In this document: one piece after another, positions 29,355 through 38,722 of the stretch
Numbering within the stretch: position 1 is the first letter of the stretch
Layout of the letters: every line of letters begins with the position of its first letter
Origin: Polyangiaceae bacterium
GTDB taxonomy: Bacteria > Myxococcota_A > Polyangia > Polyangiales > Polyangiaceae
Assembly: GCA_965222375.1 (NCBI GenBank)
Contig: CBDCTZ010000005.1
Span: 1 to 64,000, forward strand
DNA length: 64,000 nucleotides
Reading direction: 5' to 3'
The notes under the pieces: model-generated
Databases searched by the model: none
Told to the model about the DNA's origin: nothing
What the model saw: the letters and a program-made list of their open reading frames with translations, nothing else
Position numbers and translations under genes: made by a program

Positions 29355-30681
29355 ACTTCACCATCCGATAGGCAAGCACGTGTCTGGGGATCCGGAGGTA
29401 CTGGGCCGCTTGGCTGACGTTGCCGCCCTTCAGCTCCAGCACGCGCTCGATCACCCGCTTTTCCAAGTCGACCAAGCTCAGACCGTCCGGCGGCAGCTCC
29501 GGCCAGCTCCCGGCCGACGCGGTGTTTGCCGTGCTGGGCTCTGGAGGCATGTCTTCGAGTCGCAGACTGTCCCCGGGCGCAAGGATGACCAGGCGCTCAC
29601 AGGCATTCTCAAGCTGCCGCACGTTACCCGGAAAGCGGCGAGACCGAAGCGCGGACAGCACCTCAGTGGGTACGGTGATGTCCCTGCCTCGGGCGAATCC
29701 CTTGACGAAGTGTTGGACCAACGCCTCGACGTCTTCGGGCCGATCCGCCAATGACGGTACCGGCAGCTCTACGACGTTGATGCGATACAGCAGATCTTCC
29801 CGAAAACGGCCCTCAGCCACCATAGTGTTGAGGTCGCGGTTGGTCGCGGCTACCAGCCGCACGTCCACAGCTCTGGCAACGTCGGCGCCGATGGTATCGA
29901 CGACCTTTTCCTGCAACACCCGGAGCAGCTTCCCCTGAAGAGCCATCGGTAGTTCACCGATCTCGTCCAGAAACAACGTGCCGCCTTGAGCGCTCCGAAA
30001 CCGCCCCGGCCGAGCGCGGATCGCGCCCGTGAACGCACCCTTTTCATGTCCGAACAGCTCGCTTTCGAGTAACTCGGGAGGCACTGCCGCGCAGGAGAAG
30101 GCCACGAAAGGCCCATCCGAGCGCGGGCTCCGCGCGTGCAGGCGCCGCGCGATCAACTCCTTTCCCGTGCCAGTCTCCCCGGTGATCAGCGCGCTTGCTT
30201 CCGAGTCGGCGACTCGATCGGTCATCTCGAGCAAGCGACGCATGGGGTCGGACTCCGCGATGATCTGGCGTTCGACGCCTTGCGCGGCGCGTCGCAGGGC
30301 TCGCACCTCTTTGGACAAGGCACGACGCTCGATCGCGCGGCGCGCCACGAAGAGCAGGTGGTCGCGGTTGAAGGGCTTTCCCACGAAGTCGAAGGCACCG
30401 GCTTTCATCGCCGCCACTGCCGTGTCCACGTCGCCGTAGGCGGTGATGACGATCACCGGAATGTCCGTCGGCGCGACTGCAGCAAGGACGTCCATCCCGC
30501 TCTTCCCGGGCAGTCGAAGATCCGTGATCACCAGATCGTGCTTGGCGGCGTCGAATCGTTCTAGACCGAGTTCGGCGGTGTCGACGGCATCGACCGAATA
30601 CCCGGCCTTTTGGAGATTGTAGGTCGCAAGCTCACGCCCCGCGGAATCGTCTTCAACGAGCAGGATCCGCGGCTGGGCCAT
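29335..30681 (-). CDS. sigma54-dependent response regulator (NtrC/ZraR-like)
   Basis: REC, GETGTGKE, GAFTGA, FPGNVRQLEN, HTH. Confidence 0.93.
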   Translation of the reverse strand: MAQPRILLVEDDSAGRELATYNLQKAGYSVDAVDTAELGLERFDAAKHDLVITDLRLPGKSGMDVLAAVAPTDIPVIVITAYGDVDTAVAAMKAGAFDFVGKPFNRDHLLFVARRAIERRALSKEVRALRRAAQGVERQIIAESDPMRRLLEMTDRVADSEASALITGETGTGKELIARRLHARSPRSDGPFVAFSCAAVPPELLESELFGHEKGAFTGAIRARPGRFRSAQGGTLFLDEIGELPMALQGKLLRVLQEKVVDTIGADVARAVDVRLVAATNRDLNTMVAEGRFREDLLYRINVVELPVPSLADRPEDVEALVQHFVKGFARGRDITVPTEVLSALRSRRFPGNVRQLENACERLVILAPGDSLRLEDMPPEPSTANTASAGSWPELPPDGLSLVDLEKRVIERVLELKGGNVSQAAQYLRIPRHVLAYRMVKYDIRRP

Positions 30682-30694
30682 GGCGTCGCCTCGC

Positions 30695-31006
30695 TCAGCC
30701 GCACTTCCCCGGTGCACATGCCCCCGGCGCGCACTTCTTCTCTTTGCCACCCTTCTTGGCCGCCCCAGTGGTAGCGCTCGCAGCCGGCGGAACCTCCTTG
30801 GCCACGACGGGCTCCGCGGTCTTGGCCACGGTCGCCGGCTCTGGTGCCTCTGCTTTTTTGGCGCTCGCCGCCGGCTCTTCGACCTTCTTGGTGGTCGCAC
30901 TCGCCGCGGGCTCAGGCTCCGGCGTCTCGGGTTTCTTGTCGCAAGCCAGTGCCAACAGTCCCCCCAAGACCAAGCCGATGCGCTCGGGGCTCAAGTTCTT
31001 GTGCAT
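30695..31006 (-). CDS. small lipoprotein ending KKCAPGACAPGKCG
   Basis: Lipobox LALAC; Ala/Pro/Lys/Glu linker; Cys-repeat tail. Confidence 0.75.
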   Translation of the reverse strand: MHKNLSPERIGLVLGGLLALACDKKPETPEPEPAASATTKKVEEPAASAKKAEAPEPATVAKTAEPVVAKEVPPAASATTGAAKKGGKEKKCAPGACAPGKCG

Positions 31007-31018
31007 GCCCAACTTGGT

Positions 31019-31034
31019 AGCACGTTCCAGGCCA
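31019..31034 (-). promoter_or_regulatory. sigma54 promoter
   Basis: TGGCCTGGAACGTGCT = GG-N10-GC, just upstream of the ATG at 31006. Confidence 0.6.
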
Positions 31035-31184
31035 GGTTGACATTATCCGAGCTTCCCGGAAGGCACGCCGCTCGCGGCGACTTCGACTCGAGAATACTCT
31101 CAATTCGGAGGGGTGAAACGAACAGGCGCGCTACCGCTCACTCCTGGAAGCACATCGCCGGCCTTCGTCGCTGGCCCACGCACC

Positions 31185-31541
31185 TCAATCCTCACCTCCC
31201 GTGGCGGACTGCATGGGCACGAGGTCCATGCCACAGATTGGACATGTGCCTACCTCTACCGTCTTGACCTGCGGATGCATGGCGCAGGTGAAGTGGGCGT
31301 GTGAGGATTCGTCGACGCTTGCGCTTCCGACGCGAGCTGGAGGCGCAGCGACCGTTTCGGAAGCGTCGCTTGACGGCATTGGCTCCGCGATCTCGGCCTT
31401 CGCCGGAGGACTGGCCGGTGGGGCGCGCGTGGCCGCGCACGCCGTCACGACACCTGTCAGACTCATCAGATAGATCATCCGGCCGGAAAGCGACGCCGTC
31501 GGGTCTTCTTGGAGTGGCGGAGCCATCGGAGATCTGTCCAA
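31185..31541 (-). CDS. heavy-metal-binding-domain lipoprotein (start uncertain)
   Basis: FTCAMHPQV...GTCPICGMDLVP. Confidence 0.75.
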   Translation of the reverse strand: MDRSPMAPPLQEDPTASLSGRMIYLMSLTGVVTACAATRAPPASPPAKAEIAEPMPSSDASETVAAPPARVGSASVDESSHAHFTCAMHPQVKTVEVGTCPICGMDLVPMQSATGGED

Positions 31542-31669
31542 CTATCAGGGTTCGCGCGCGAGCGCGACCTCACAATATTCTGAGGTAGGTTGCGGATTCT
31601 GAGAAATCGAATGCGCCAATTGCTCTTGGGCAACACCTGTTCCTCCGACAACGCTCGATCCCGAATCTC

Positions 31670-31685
31670 AGGCATGTTCCTTGCT
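31670..31685 (+). promoter_or_regulatory. sigma54 promoter
   Basis: AGGCATGTTCCTTGCT = GG-N10-GC with TTGC -12 box. Confidence 0.65.
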
Positions 31686-31732
31686 TCGCCACCGCGAGCG
31701 CCGCGACCTCGGCGGCGGGAAGAGGGCAATAC

Positions 31733-32065
31733 ATGAACGCTCAGATCATCATGGTTGTTTTGTTGTCAGGCTGCGCGGTAGTTGCGTGCGACAAGAAGGA
31801 ATCCGCTGGCGAATCGCCGAGCGCGCCGAGCGCAACCCGCGCGCCGAGCACCCACGCCGCCAGCGCCATGGCTCCTGCCAGCGGCGCGGCGCCGGCGTCG
31901 AGCGCCGCGACCGAGGGCACGAAACACGATCCGCCGATCACGCCGGAAAAGGTCGCCTCGGGTCACTGGTACTGTGACATGGGCGGGAGCGTTCACTACT
32001 CCCAGGCGACCGAGGGGGACGGCAAGTGCGACCTGTGCAAAAAGAAACTACACCACAAAGAATAA
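31733..32065 (+). CDS. lipoprotein with divergent heavy-metal-binding motif
   Basis: Lipobox VVAC; WYCDM..VHY...GKCDLCKKKL. Confidence 0.75.
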   Translation: MNAQIIMVVLLSGCAVVACDKKESAGESPSAPSATRAPSTHAASAMAPASGAAPASSAATEGTKHDPPITPEKVASGHWYCDMGGSVHYSQATEGDGKCDLCKKKLHHKE

Positions 32066-32111
32066 CGCGGTCGGCTTTCCTGAGTGACGCTGCGGGACGG
32101 GGTTGCTCCTG

Positions 32112-32783
32112 ATGGCGCAGTCGGCCGAAGTGCTTCGCGGCATCATCTTCGCCGATCTGTGTGGCTACACCGCGCTCACGGAAGCGCACGGCGACCAGGA
32201 CGCCGCCGCCGTCGCCGCCCGCTTCGCGGACGTCGCTCGAGAGTCATTGTTGCCGGGCGCCGAGTTGGTAAAATGCGTCGGCGACGAAGTGATGATCGCG
32301 ACGGGTTCCCCAAACCTCGCTGTGGATGTCGCACTATCGCTGTTCAAAACTGTCGACGACGAGCCCAAGTTTCCCACGTTCTCAGCGGGGCTGCATTTCG
32401 GGACCTGCATCGAGCAAGGTTTGGACTACTTCGGAGCAACCGTCAATCTTGCAGCCCGCGTCGCTGGGCACGCCCGAGGGGGGCAAATTCTGTGTACGCG
32501 TGTGGTGGCCGATTCAGTTCGCGACCGCTGCGGACTTGACCTCACTTGCTTGGGTCAGTGCCATTTCAAACACCTGATCGAGAAGGTTGAAGTCTGGGAG
32601 GTAGCGCTAACGGACAGACCAATCCCGTCCGGAGTGGCAGACCCCGTTTGCCGTATGCGCGTGGACCCGCGGCGAGCTCAGGGCCGGCTCACTCACGGCG
32701 ATGTCGAATTTTACTTCTGTTCTCTCGAGTGCGCAGCTGCGTTTGCGGCACATCCCGAACGCTATCTGTCTTTCGCTCCCTGA
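32112..32783 (+). CDS. class III adenylate cyclase fused to a YHS domain
   Basis: FADLCGYT, KCVGDEVM, DYFGATVNLAARV; DPVCRM...FYFCSLEC. Confidence 0.85.
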   Translation: MAQSAEVLRGIIFADLCGYTALTEAHGDQDAAAVAARFADVARESLLPGAELVKCVGDEVMIATGSPNLAVDVALSLFKTVDDEPKFPTFSAGLHFGTCIEQGLDYFGATVNLAARVAGHARGGQILCTRVVADSVRDRCGLDLTCLGQCHFKHLIEKVEVWEVALTDRPIPSGVADPVCRMRVDPRRAQGRLTHGDVEFYFCSLECAAAFAAHPERYLSFAP

Positions 32784-33339
32784 CACCCTGCGCAGAAGAA
32801 ACTACTCGATAGGTCAGCTCCCCTTGACGACCGCGTAGCGCCCGAGCACACGGAATTCCATCTTGTCGACGCGGAGTGCATCGTGCATCGAGGCTCTGCA
32901 GCGCTCCTCGGGCGGGCAACGTTCTCCAGAACGCCGCACGGCGAATGCTGGCTCCCGCGCCCAGCGGGAGGATTGGCGTGGGCGAACTGCATGACGATAC
33001 GTGATCCGCGCGACTGGACGCTCCCATGCCGATGGGGGCGAGTTTTTCGAACTGCGTTGATGCGTTTCCGTGACGCTTGACCGGCTCACGGAGGGGAGTG
33101 CCTTCATGGGGCCCCCGGAATTGTCAAACTTTGAGGGCCGCCCCGGCTTAGCCGGGGGATCTCAAAGTGGGATTAGTGGAAGGCGCGTCCCGATCGTAAG
33201 AGACTCCGTCCCATGCGAACGTCCTGCGCTCCATGAGTTATTCTATCTTGGGCGCGGCCGGCTTCAGGGCGTTGCGAAGGTGGTTTCGCGCCAGGCCGGG
33301 CATCGTTCTTGCTGCCTCTTTGCACCGGAGGTGCTCACT

Positions 33340-34063
33340 ATGACTCGGCTCAAGTTGGCCTTGCTCGTTCCGGCATGCACCATGGACATGCACGACAGCG
33401 AGATGACCGCCGCATTGAAAGAGACTTGGACAGAAGCGGTGAGACACGAGGCAGCCTGTATCCGGGCCGGCTCGCCGCTTGTTGGTTTGCTCTTGATAGC
33501 TTGTGCCACACAGCCTCTTGGAACTCGGGCTGACGACATGAGCGCCACGGCCGGTTGCAGGCTTCGAACTTCCCGTTGTGCGTCCCATCAACGCGGACAA
33601 CCCGCAGGTGGGGCGCGCGCCCTGGCAACACGACCGCACTCGCTACGCGCCGACCGACGCGGCGCTGGACGGACCGCTAGCGAGCTCTAGGCACGTGAGT
33701 TCTCACCGCGATAACGCGAAACTCTCGTCCTTCAGAGGGGGCCGGTGCGTCCTTTTCGACGCAGAAACTCGCGCAGCCTGCCCGCTGCTCACTGTGGTCG
33801 AGACGGTCGAAGCCACATCCGACGGCGTACGACTCGTCATCCGGAAGTCTATAGACCTGCGCGCCGCGCTGGACCACATGCGTTGTCACCATTCGTTTGG
33901 TCGCAGCCACAGGTCCCCGAAGATGCGCTTCTGCCCGCTCCATGTGCACGGCGTGGAAATCGCAGCCCTCAAAAAAATCCACACCACCGAAATCCGGAGC
34001 CTTTCCGTCCAGGCGGTCCGTGAAATTCAGGAACGCTCACGCCTTCATCAGGCCAACGAATAG
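33340..34063 (+). pseudogene. decayed fragments of one or two secreted Cys/His proteins
   Basis: Fragments in different frames (ACTMDMHD; LIACATQPLGTRADDMSA; ACPLL...HMRCH...CPL). Confidence 0.35.
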
Positions 34064-34178
34064 CCAGGCGAGATGGTTGGGGATTAACGCAGAGCAACAA
34101 ACCCACGGAGGCAAGGACGAGCATGGAAGAAGCGGCGTGCTTGTGCTCCTGTTCGGCGACTTCGGTTGCCCAGCCTGA

Positions 34179-35225
34179 CTACTTCGCGAGATTGCGCTTG
34201 ATGTAGACCACACGGTGGTTGAGCACGTCGCCGATGTAGATGTGGACGCCATCCGCGGTGATGATGATGTCCTCAGGCTCGGAGGGGGACCCTACGATGG
34301 CGCCTAAATCCCAAGTGGCGAGCCGTTGCCCTTCAGTATTGTAGATCGCCACCTTGTCCGCGAAGGAATCACAAACATAGATGCGGTCCTTGGCGTCGAC
34401 GAAGACTCCCGTTGGCTTCTCGAAGCCGGTCCACTGAGCCAGGTAGCTGCCATCTGACGAAAACACCTGCACGCGCTTGTTTCCTGTGTCCCCGACGTAC
34501 ACGCGGCCGGTAGAATCTGTGGAAATCCCCCACGCACCGTCGAACTGCCCATCGCCGTTCCCTGCGCCGCCGAACTCGAGCAGTTTGACCCCGGCGTTGG
34601 TGAATTTTTGCATCACGTGCAACTCGAAGTCGCCGACGAAGATGTCGCCGGTCAACGGGTCGATCCCGACATCGTGGATGTGCTTGAATTGGGGGTCGCT
34701 CCAACGCCGGATGAACTTGCCGTCGGTCGTGAGAACCTGCACGCGACCATTGTTCTGATCCCCGGCGTAGAGCAGCCCAGCCGGGCGATCCATTGCGAGC
34801 CCGTGGGGATGATTGAACTCCAGGTCACCGACACCACTCTTCCCGAAAGTGTCGAGCAGCTGTCCGTCGAAGGTGAACTTCTGCAGGCGATCTTCATGCC
34901 CCGACACATACACGTTGCCGGTGGAGTCGAGCTCCACACTGCTTGGCTCTACGAATTCGCCGGGCTGCGTCCCCTGTTTGCCCCAAGTCTTGACGAATTC
35001 CGGTGGCTTCAACGCCGGATCTATCGGTCCCCCGCCGCCGGTCGCGGTGCCAGCGCCTCCGCCCACCCCTCCAGCCCCCGCACCGCTGCCACCTTGCCCC
35101 GCGGAGGCTCCGGCGCCAGCGCCACCACCTGTACTACTCCCGGGTCGCCGGTCACCGTCCCCGCACCCGAATTGCAGGCAAGCGAGACACAGGCTGGTCA
35201 GCCAAGCAATGGGTCGTAGGCTCAT
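34179..35225 (-). CDS. NHL-repeat beta-propeller lipoprotein
   Basis: Repeated GEFVEP/FNHPHG/GQFDGAWG blades, YVGDTGNKRVQVF; lipobox and Gly linker. Confidence 0.85.
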   Translation of the reverse strand: MSLRPIAWLTSLCLACLQFGCGDGDRRPGSSTGGGAGAGASAGQGGSGAGAGGVGGGAGTATGGGGPIDPALKPPEFVKTWGKQGTQPGEFVEPSSVELDSTGNVYVSGHEDRLQKFTFDGQLLDTFGKSGVGDLEFNHPHGLAMDRPAGLLYAGDQNNGRVQVLTTDGKFIRRWSDPQFKHIHDVGIDPLTGDIFVGDFELHVMQKFTNAGVKLLEFGGAGNGDGQFDGAWGISTDSTGRVYVGDTGNKRVQVFSSDGSYLAQWTGFEKPTGVFVDAKDRIYVCDSFADKVAIYNTEGQRLATWDLGAIVGSPSEPEDIIITADGVHIYIGDVLNHRVVYIKRNLAK

Positions 35226-35380
35226 CGTACGAATGAAAACATGCACGACGACCAAGGCATGTGCAACCCCGATTACCGTTACCCATTGGCTCCGGTGTCT
35301 CAGGAATCGTTGACTAGAGCGAGACGAAGTACGCGTACAATTGCGATGGACAGCTATTCGAAACCACGCACAATCCCGAC

Positions 35381-35968
35381 ATGAACTTGAGCCTTTCGAT
35401 CATCGGCGTGTTCGCCATAGGGCTGAACGGATGCGACGGCCGCACCGACAACGCGGGGTCCAATTTCGCGAAGGGCGGAGGAAGCGGCGCCGCGGGAGCT
35501 GGCGGGTCCACGCCCGATGTTCAATTGCATCGCGACCGCTGCGCGGCGGCTGAGGCCTTGCACTTCGAAGACGGTGTCGCAGCGTTCACAGCTGACACGT
35601 CCAGCGGGTCAGACGAGTTTCCGCATCTAGAGTGTGACAGTAAGCATGTTGCCCTCGGCGGTCTGAGTGCGCCCCAGTTCTATTATCGTTTGCCGTTAGA
35701 GAACGGGGAGCGCATCCGCGTTGATTTCCAGCCTTCGTTCTACGGATTCGTGTACCTGTTCTCGGCGAACACACCGTGCTCCGAGTCCGCCATCAACGAC
35801 GCTTGCAGCAGCAAGGGAGCTGCTGGAGACATCTCGCCCATCGTCAATCCTGGCACGAGCGTGACTTTCTTCTTCGATCCGAACTTCACCGGCCCCGGTG
35901 TACTTGCCGTGGATAGCGATACCAGCGGGGGGAAGTTTGTTCTCAGCGTCAGCTACGTCCAGGACTAG
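35381..35968 (+). CDS. hypothetical lipoprotein
   Basis: Lipobox LNGC, Gly linker, Cys-containing beta-rich domain. Confidence 0.6.
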   Translation: MNLSLSIIGVFAIGLNGCDGRTDNAGSNFAKGGGSGAAGAGGSTPDVQLHRDRCAAAEALHFEDGVAAFTADTSSGSDEFPHLECDSKHVALGGLSAPQFYYRLPLENGERIRVDFQPSFYGFVYLFSANTPCSESAINDACSSKGAAGDISPIVNPGTSVTFFFDPNFTGPGVLAVDSDTSGGKFVLSVSYVQD

Positions 35969-36324
35969 ACTGCGCGCTTTGTGACTCGAAAATCGCGTCC
36001 GTCTGATTTCGATTTGGGTCTTCCTATCCACCACAAAGGATCTCCCGGGCGGCTTTTTGCAACATTGGCCCGTAGATCCAGCGCATTGCCCCGATGAGCG
36101 TGCGGTTGACGGTAGACCCCAAACGGTTGCGACCGGACACCATGAGGCCCCGGCAAGCTCTGTGCCACCCGTCGCGCCTCCGCGTGCGACTAGCACCGAA
36201 GCCGCCGTCGGGTTGCTTACTGACAATAGTCTCAAGCATCGACGAGTATTCGCGACTGAAATCCCCCGCTGCGTGTTTTTGGCGGAAGAATTCGTTGGCA
36301 CGCGTTGTGGATGGAACATGGCCC

Positions 36325-36669
36325 ATGACGAAAAAGGCGCTATTCGTAGGATTGCTACCTGTCACGCTGTTGGCAACGCCGGCCCTCTCGGATCCTCCAT
36401 CCAAGGCAACGGTCGTTGACGTGAGGGTCGATGACCGTGGTTTCCATCCGCAGCAAGTGAAAGCGACGCGCGGACAAGCGCCAAAACTCAGGTTCACCCG
36501 CAAGTCCGACAAGGGTTGCGCGACCAGCGTGGTGTTCCCAGAACTGAAAATCAAGAGACCGTTACCCCTAAACAAGTCGGTGACCATCGCGGTCCCAACG
36601 ACCAAGGCCCGCTCATACGCGTTCCAATGCGGAATGGGCATGTACAAGAGTTCGGTGGTGATCCGATGA
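36325..36669 (+). CDS. secreted cupredoxin-domain protein
   Basis: GFHP, GCATSVVFP, FQCGMGMYKS; preceded by TGGCACGCGTTGTGGA (imperfect sigma54 site) at 36296. Confidence 0.85.
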   Translation: MTKKALFVGLLPVTLLATPALSDPPSKATVVDVRVDDRGFHPQQVKATRGQAPKLRFTRKSDKGCATSVVFPELKIKRPLPLNKSVTIAVPTTKARSYAFQCGMGMYKSSVVIR

Positions 36670-36986
36670 CGCCCAGCAATCGGCTGGCCGGAGCGCTCTT
36701 GATGATGATGGTGCCCCTGGTGGGCTGCGAGGGCCTGACCAGTCCAACCGGTGTGCGAGCGGAAACCAAACGTCCGGCCAGGACGACCCCTTCTGAAACG
36801 ACGCCGTCTAGCGTGGAAAAACCGGTCCAAAGGAACCCCACGCCTAGCACGGTGAACCACGGAGCTAAGCCGACCGCCGAGACGAAGCCAGCTGGTAACT
36901 GCTGCGGCGCAGCGAGCTGCAAAACCATCCCAGGTGGTTGCGGATGCGGGCGGGGCAAGCCCCCGGCGGGCGGCTGCGGCAGCTGA
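36666..36986 (+). CDS. small lipoprotein with Cys-rich tail
   Basis: Lipobox LVGC; CCGAASCKTIPGGCGCGRGKPPAGGCGS; ATGA overlap with the cupredoxin gene. Confidence 0.65.
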   Translation: MTPSNRLAGALLMMMVPLVGCEGLTSPTGVRAETKRPARTTPSETTPSSVEKPVQRNPTPSTVNHGAKPTAETKPAGNCCGAASCKTIPGGCGCGRGKPPAGGCGS

Positions 36987-37300
36987 GCCATTCCTCGTAG
37001 GAGCCTTCGGGCCCGACCATCCACGAGCGCTCGGCATTACAACGAGGCCCATTGCTACCAGCGAACGGAGGAAGCGTCGGGTGTGCGGACGCTGCGGTCG
37101 CGCTGAGTCACCGTCGACCGGTCCGCCCGCGCGCGCCTGCCTCGTTTCCTCGACGTCCCCAAGAGTGAAGCATAGTGGCAAATCACCTGAGAATATTCGG
37201 TCGTCACCGCTCCGGGCAGCCAATTCAGTCAGGAAAATACGCGCCCCGATTTTCCGCGCGCCTGCCGCATGTCCGTCGCGCCCCGACAGAAAGTTTGCCA

Positions 37301-37316
37301 TGGCATGCTTTGTGCT
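37301..37316 (+). promoter_or_regulatory. sigma54 promoter of cusCBA-copA
   Basis: TGGCATGCTTTGTGCT = GG-N10-GC. Confidence 0.6.
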
Positions 37317-37330
37317 ACCCGTGTCCTGTG

Positions 37331-38722
37331 GTGCACTCCAAAACCCTCTGTTCGCCGTTAATCCTTCCGTTTTTGCTCGCTGGCTGCGCCACCCAACTCG
37401 AGCAACAGAGCGCACGAGATTTGCGCAGCGTCGGGCGGCAGCGCTCCGACGCCGCGTCGGAGCCGTCGTCCACACGCTCACCTGATTCACGGCGATCGTT
37501 CGGGGCTGTCGCGATCAGGGACGGGTCACTCGAGGCGTACGTGCGCTACGCACTCGACCGGAGCCCCACACTGAGGGCCAGCTTCGAAGAATGGCGCGCT
37601 ACTGCCCAGCGCATCCGCCAGGCCAGAAGGTTGCCCGAGCCCGTCATTACGTACGCCTACTTCATACGTCGCGTCGAGACACGCGTCGGGCCGCAGCGGC
37701 ACAAGTTCGGCATCTCCCAGTCCTTCCCCTGGCCGACGCGGCTGTCTGCCGGCGCTGATGCTGCCAGCCTCGCCTCGCGTAGTGCCCAACAGCGCTACGA
37801 GGCCGCCGCCTTGCGGCTCACCCGTCGAGTGGCCGACGCCTACTGGCGCCTGTGGTTGATCGGGCGAGTGCGGCGCGTGGAGCGTGATCAGAACCGCGTA
37901 CTCGAACACTTTTCTGGCGTGGTTCGTGGGCGACTCGAAGTGGGGCAAGCGACCTTGGCAGACCTTGGTCAGGTCGATCTCGGGATCTCCAGACTGGTCG
38001 ATGTGCTTGCAGGACTCGACGAACAAGAGCGGGCGGCGAGTGCGATGTTAGTGGCCGCCATCGGGGCGCCGCAGGGAACCACCACCCCAGTATCGACAAA
38101 GGAACCTCCCCTCGTTGTTCCAGCGGAAACAGATTCGGCGCTTCGAGCCGCCGCGATCGAAAACCCCGGCGTCCGAGCCCTCGGACTCATGGCGCAAGCC
38201 CAACAGCACCAGGCCCGAGCAGCCGGTGCCGAAGCGTATCCCTCCTTCACGCTCGGGTTGGACTACATCGAAACGGGTCCGGCGAGCGCGCCTAATGTGA
38301 GCGACAGCGGAAAGGATGCGATCGTGGCAATGATCGGCGCGAAGATCCCCATCTGGGGCGGCGTCTACGGCGCCGCCGAAGAAGAAGCGCGCGCGAACAG
38401 CGCGGCCTTTCGGGCTCGCGAATCGGCGGCGCGGGATCAAGCAATCGCACAGCTCGAAAAGGTGCTGAGTGAAGTTCGTGACGCAGCCCGGCGCGTGAAG
38501 TTACATCGCGACACACTTATTCCCCAAGCCGAGACCGTGTACGTGTCGGGGCTGGGTGGCTATCAAGTAGGCAGAGGCACACTGGCAACGGTGCTTCTCG
38601 CCGAACGTGATCTCAACGAGCTCCAGCTCGCGCTGGATCGTGCGCGCGCCGAACACGCCCGAGCGTGGGCACGCCTCGAACAAATCGTAGGGCGACCCGT
38701 CCGCGCGCGGAGGGTGCGATGA
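37331..38722 (+). CDS. TolC-family outer membrane factor (CusC-like)
   Basis: Lipobox LLAGC, VETRVGPQ, SQSFPWP, C-terminal ARLEQIVG; first gene of the RND operon. Confidence 0.85.
   Translation: MHSKTLCSPLILPFLLAGCATQLEQQSARDLRSVGRQRSDAASEPSSTRSPDSRRSFGAVAIRDGSLEAYVRYALDRSPTLRASFEEWRATAQRIRQARRLPEPVITYAYFIRRVETRVGPQRHKFGISQSFPWPTRLSAGADAASLASRSAQQRYEAAALRLTRRVADAYWRLWLIGRVRRVERDQNRVLEHFSGVVRGRLEVGQATLADLGQVDLGISRLVDVLAGLDEQERAASAMLVAAIGAPQGTTTPVSTKEPPLVVPAETDSALRAAAIENPGVRALGLMAQAQQHQARAAGAEAYPSFTLGLDYIETGPASAPNVSDSGKDAIVAMIGAKIPIWGGVYGAAEEEARANSAAFRARESAARDQAIAQLEKVLSEVRDAARRVKLHRDTLIPQAETVYVSGLGGYQVGRGTLATVLLAERDLNELQLALDRARAEHARAWARLEQIVGRPVRARRVR

Noticed and set aside
36000..36030. IS91-like oriIS remnant (TCTTCCTATCC), echoed by CCTATCC at 49472-49478 on the minus strand
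   Set aside because: Match is too short and no IS91 transposase is present to support it
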